Origin: Candidatus Buchananbacteria bacterium
GTDB taxonomy: Bacteria > Patescibacteriota > Patescibacteriia > 2-01-FULL-39-33
Length of the DNA stretch: 55,488 nucleotides
NCBI GenBank assembly: GCA_903863425.1
Contig: CAIPBY010000086.1
Span: forward strand, 1 to 55,488
Direction of reading: 5' to 3'
A program made the position numbers and the translations under genes. Below the pieces are notes generated by a model. It worked only from the letters and a program-made list of their open reading frames with translations. It was not told the DNA's origin and made no database searches. Shown here in pieces: positions 52,541 to 55,488 of the stretch (the stretch's first letter is position 1; the number at the start of each line of letters is the position of its first letter).

Positions 52541-53992
52541 ATGTTTGAACAATCATTCAAAAACATCGATAACATCCTCCACACCGACTCTGGCTGTGGC
52601 ACTGAGCTTGATTATGTTGAGCAGACATCCTGGATCCTATTTTTGAAGTATCTGGACGACTTGGAAGAGACCAAAAGGATCGAAGCGGCGTTGGCGGGGA
52701 AGGTCTATGATCATATATTGATGCCAGAATATACCTGGGACAGCTGGGCTTGTCCCAAAGGTAGCGACGGCAAGCTGGATCACAACAAAGCGTTGGATGG
52801 CGATGATTTGAAGGATTTTGTTGATCACAAACTTTTTCCTTATCTTAAGAAGTTTAAAGCGGAGGAACCGAACACTATTGAATATAAAATCGGTGAGATT
52901 TTTTCTGAGCTCAAAAATAAGATCTCTAGCGGTTATAAACTCCGTGAGATTTTAAACATCGTTGACGGCATGCACTTTCGACTGTATGAGGAGAAGCACG
53001 AACTATCACATCTCTACGAGGCCAAAATCAAGAACATGGGTAACGCTGGACGAAACGGCGGAGAGTATTACACACCTCGTCCACTCATTAAAACTATAGT
53101 CAAAGTAGTAGCGCCCAAGATTGGCGACACTATATATGACGGAGCTTGTGGCAGCGCAGGATTTTTGGTTGAGGCTTACAATTATCTCACTCAAAATCAA
53201 TCAGAACTTTCCTCAAGTCAAATGGATACTCTTCAAAATAATACTTTTTATGGCAAGGAGATAAAATCGTTGGCCTACATTATTGGCATTATGAATATGA
53301 TTCTTCATGGTGTTGAAGCGCCGAATATTAGGCACATGAATACCTTGTCGCAAAATATAAATGAAATTCAAGAGAAAGATCGTTACTCAATAATTTTAGC
53401 AAATCCGCCATTTGGCGCTGGTATCGGCCGAGAGATTCAACAGAATTTTCCAATCAAGACTGGTGAGACTGCTTTTCTCTTTCTCCAGCACTTTATCAAA
53501 ATTCTTAAGGCAGGCGGTAAAGCAGGTATCGTCATCAAGAATACTTTCTTATCTAACACCGATAATGCCAGCGTGTCATTGCGCAAACTGCTCTTGGAAA
53601 ATTGTAATCTACATACCGTATTGGACTTGCCAGGTGGCGCATTCCAGGGCGCTGGTGTGAAGACTGTGGTTTTATTTTTTGAGAAGGGCGCGCCGACAGA
53701 GAAGATTTGGTTTTATCAATTAAACCTTGATCGCAATCTTGGCAAAGGCCAGCCACTAAGCGAAGCTGACTTGGCCGAGTTTGTGGAATTACAGAAGACA
53801 AAGACCAATGGCGATAATTCATGGAGTATTGATATTAAAAATATTGACCAGTCAACTTTTGATTTGTCAGTAAAGAATCCTAGTAAGGGTGATGAAGTTG
53901 CTTTGCGTGAGCCGAAGGATATAGTCGAAGAGATAAAAAGATTAAATGAAGAAGCTGAGCAAACTTTGAAGGAAATCAGTAAAATTCTATAA
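52541..53992 (+). CDS. hsdM: Type I restriction-modification system methyltransferase subunit
   Basis: The HsdM N-domain (DYVEQTSWILFLKYLDD), GEYYTPRPL, motif I DGACGSAGFLV and motif IV ILANPPFG. Confidence 0.9.
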   Translation: MFEQSFKNIDNILHTDSGCGTELDYVEQTSWILFLKYLDDLEETKRIEAALAGKVYDHILMPEYTWDSWACPKGSDGKLDHNKALDGDDLKDFVDHKLFPYLKKFKAEEPNTIEYKIGEIFSELKNKISSGYKLREILNIVDGMHFRLYEEKHELSHLYEAKIKNMGNAGRNGGEYYTPRPLIKTIVKVVAPKIGDTIYDGACGSAGFLVEAYNYLTQNQSELSSSQMDTLQNNTFYGKEIKSLAYIIGIMNMILHGVEAPNIRHMNTLSQNINEIQEKDRYSIILANPPFGAGIGREIQQNFPIKTGETAFLFLQHFIKILKAGGKAGIVIKNTFLSNTDNASVSLRKLLLENCNLHTVLDLPGGAFQGAGVKTVVLFFEKGAPTEKIWFYQLNLDRNLGKGQPLSEADLAEFVELQKTKTNGDNSWSIDIKNIDQSTFDLSVKNPSKGDEVALREPKDIVEEIKRLNEEAEQTLKEISKIL

Positions 53993-53996
53993 TGTT

Positions 53997-55460
53997 ATGA
54001 AATTAAAATCCATTAAGATTCTAAATTATAGAAGTGTCGAAGAAGTAATTATTGAGATAGACTCGTTAGATGATCGAAGTTTTACTTATGGACTAATTGG
54101 TATAAATGAAGCAGGAAAAAGTAGTATCCTGAAATCATTGGCTCTTTTAGATGAACACACAGGAATAAAACCCGAAGCGCATGATTTTTATGACAAGACA
54201 AAGCCCATTGAAATAATTTATCTTTATAATCAATCCAAAGAGGAAATAGCAGAAAATAAAAGTATTCTATTAGAAAAATTACCAGAGCTTAAGACTAAAA
54301 TAGAAAATCGTGAGCTTGAAGAGGTTGAGTTAAAGGGTGGCTTTTTAATTACTGATTTACAAAATAAAAAAAGTATTATTTTTTCAAAACTTTCTAGTGA
54401 TCAAAAAGAATTGATCGAAAATACTTTGGCTGATACTGTTTATGCAAATTCGCATTATACTATTTATTGGAAATCTGAGGACAAATATCTTATTTCTAGT
54501 CAGATTAGTTTAGCGAGTTTCTCTGAAGATCCTAGTAATGTTTCTATCCCGTTAAAAAATTGTTTTACTCTTATTGGTCTAGATACAAAAGAAAAGATCA
54601 AAGAAAAAATCATTCAGATTTCCAATGATTCGACAGAGCGAGAATTGCTTCGTGAAGACCTTGGTAAAAAAGTTACTAACTTAATAAAAAAGGTATGGCC
54701 AAACCATCCAGTTGTTATTACTTTTGATATTTCGGGGGATTCTATTAACTTTCACATTAAAGATCCAAATGGTAAACCTCGAACTACCAATCAAAGAAGC
54801 GATGGCTTTAAGCAGTTTGTCTCTTTTCTTCTTAATATTTCTTCTCAAAAAGAGAATAATGAACTATCAGATAGTTTAATTTTATTAGATGAGCCAGAGA
54901 CACACCTACATCCTCAAGCTCAAGAGTATTTTTTAGCAGAATTGATAAAATTAACTCAATCGGAAAATAATATCTGTTTTTTTGCTACCCATTCAAATTA
55001 TATGGTAGATAAAAATATTTTATCTAGAAACTTTAGGGTGGTTAAAGTTGAAAAAGACGGCAAAACCATGATCGAAAGGTTGAATAAAAAAATATCAACC
55101 TATGCCAGTGTTAATTATGAAGTATTTAATATTTCTAGCACTGATTACTTTAATGAATTGTATAGTTGTTTGCACCAAAAATATATTGACGAAGCAATAA
55201 ACGAAGGAGAAGAAAAAGAAAGAAGTTTTATAAAAAATTTTGATAAAGACTATCTACTTCCTAAATCTAAGAAAAAAAATAAGTGGAAACACCTTAATAA
55301 AAAAGGAGAAGAAATTGAAGAAAATATTTCTATTTATTCATATCTGAGACACTTAATTCACCATCCAGAAAGAAGAGAGGCAAATAAATTATTTTCTTTA
55401 GATAAAGATTTGTCTGTGTGTATAGAAGAGATGATTAAAATTAAAGAAGATGAAAAATAA
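53997..55460 (+). CDS. ABC-type (AAA_15/AAA_21, OLD/RecF-like) ATPase inserted in the type I R-M operon; the C-terminal domain may be HEPN-like (PrrC/RloC-style)
   Basis: Walker A GINEAGKSSILKSL, a signature-like RSDGFKQ, Walker B plus D-loop LILLDEPETHLHPQAQ, and an H-loop FFATHS. The C-terminal roughly 130 aa contains YSYLRHLIHHPER (an Rx4H pattern). The ORF starts 5 nt after the hsdM stop and overlaps the hsdS start. Confidence 0.65.
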   Translation: MKLKSIKILNYRSVEEVIIEIDSLDDRSFTYGLIGINEAGKSSILKSLALLDEHTGIKPEAHDFYDKTKPIEIIYLYNQSKEEIAENKSILLEKLPELKTKIENRELEEVELKGGFLITDLQNKKSIIFSKLSSDQKELIENTLADTVYANSHYTIYWKSEDKYLISSQISLASFSEDPSNVSIPLKNCFTLIGLDTKEKIKEKIIQISNDSTERELLREDLGKKVTNLIKKVWPNHPVVITFDISGDSINFHIKDPNGKPRTTNQRSDGFKQFVSFLLNISSQKENNELSDSLILLDEPETHLHPQAQEYFLAELIKLTQSENNICFFATHSNYMVDKNILSRNFRVVKVEKDGKTMIERLNKKISTYASVNYEVFNISSTDYFNELYSCLHQKYIDEAINEGEEKERSFIKNFDKDYLLPKSKKKNKWKHLNKKGEEIEENISIYSYLRHLIHHPERREANKLFSLDKDLSVCIEEMIKIKEDEK

Positions 55461-55488
55461 TTGGCAAACAAAAAAACTTGGTGAAGTC
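55450..55488 (+). CDS. hsdS: Type I R-M specificity subunit, with only the first 13 codons in the window
   Basis: ATG AAA AAT AAT TGG CAA ACA AAA AAA CTT GGT GAA GTC translates to MKNNWQTKKLGEV, the classic HsdS N-terminus (W..xKLGEV). It overlaps the ATPase stop by 11 nt. Confidence 0.6.
   Translation, partial: MKNNWQTKKLGEV

Larger units (their letters stand above)
44963..55488. mobile_element. Putative integrated element / genomic island at tRNA-Asp; the right end was not found in the window
   Basis: The recombinase gene abuts and overlaps the tRNA 3' half. It is followed by a run of small unknown minus-strand genes, then a plus-strand cargo of an unknown operon and a type I R-M locus. 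Confidence 0.5.

Overview
The window reads as a chromosomal segment of a low-GC, small-genome bacterium. I infer it is Patescibacteria/CPR-like from the pilin-type N-terminal anchors on huge surface proteins, a free-standing LAGLIDADG gene, tightly packed housekeeping genes and weak Shine-Dalgarno signals. I cannot verify this without searches. All long ORFs are intact under the standard code. Layout: (1) nt 1-828 holds an edge-truncated DinD/Bro-N-like gene. (2) nt 952-18509 holds two tandem minus-strand genes for a 4729-aa and a 1113-aa surface protein that share a very similar N-terminal signal plus two-TM (VirB2/TrbC pilin-like) module. The giant protein also carries IPT/TIG-like, lamin-tail-like, LamG-like, Ig-like, propeller-like and many cysteine-rich [11 protein letters not shown] repeats. 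(3) nt 18.5-44.9 kb is a housekeeping block: yqeY, rpsU, hisS, lepB, an LCP protein, der, a GT-C membrane protein, pth, dprA, topA, parB/parA, a GT4 glycosyltransferase, an M16 peptidase, glyQS, an AI-2E transporter, smpB plus tmRNA, and infC-rpmI-rplT. It is interrupted by two RNA-gene clusters with clear oddities. Cluster A (27.1-27.6 kb, minus strand) has a tRNA-Phe, two aberrant tRNA-like genes that encode CCA, and a roughly 185-nt structured RNA with a terminator. Cluster B (34.46-34.87 kb, plus strand) has tRNA-fMet, a tRNA-Met 5' fragment carrying a 107-nt structured insert, tRNA-Met and tRNA-Leu, next to a free-standing LAGLIDADG endonuclease. (4) From tRNA-Asp (44889-44962) to the window end lies an apparent integrated element. 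It has a large serine recombinase whose ORF reads into the tRNA, small or unknown genes including a SpoVG-like one, a promoter plus structured leader in front of a TM-protein / 484-aa unknown / membrane SppA (S49) operon, and a type I R-M locus with an ABC-type ATPase (possible HEPN-like C-terminus) wedged between hsdM and hsdS. At least six families of palindromic intergenic repeats are scattered through the window. There is no CRISPR array and no rRNA.
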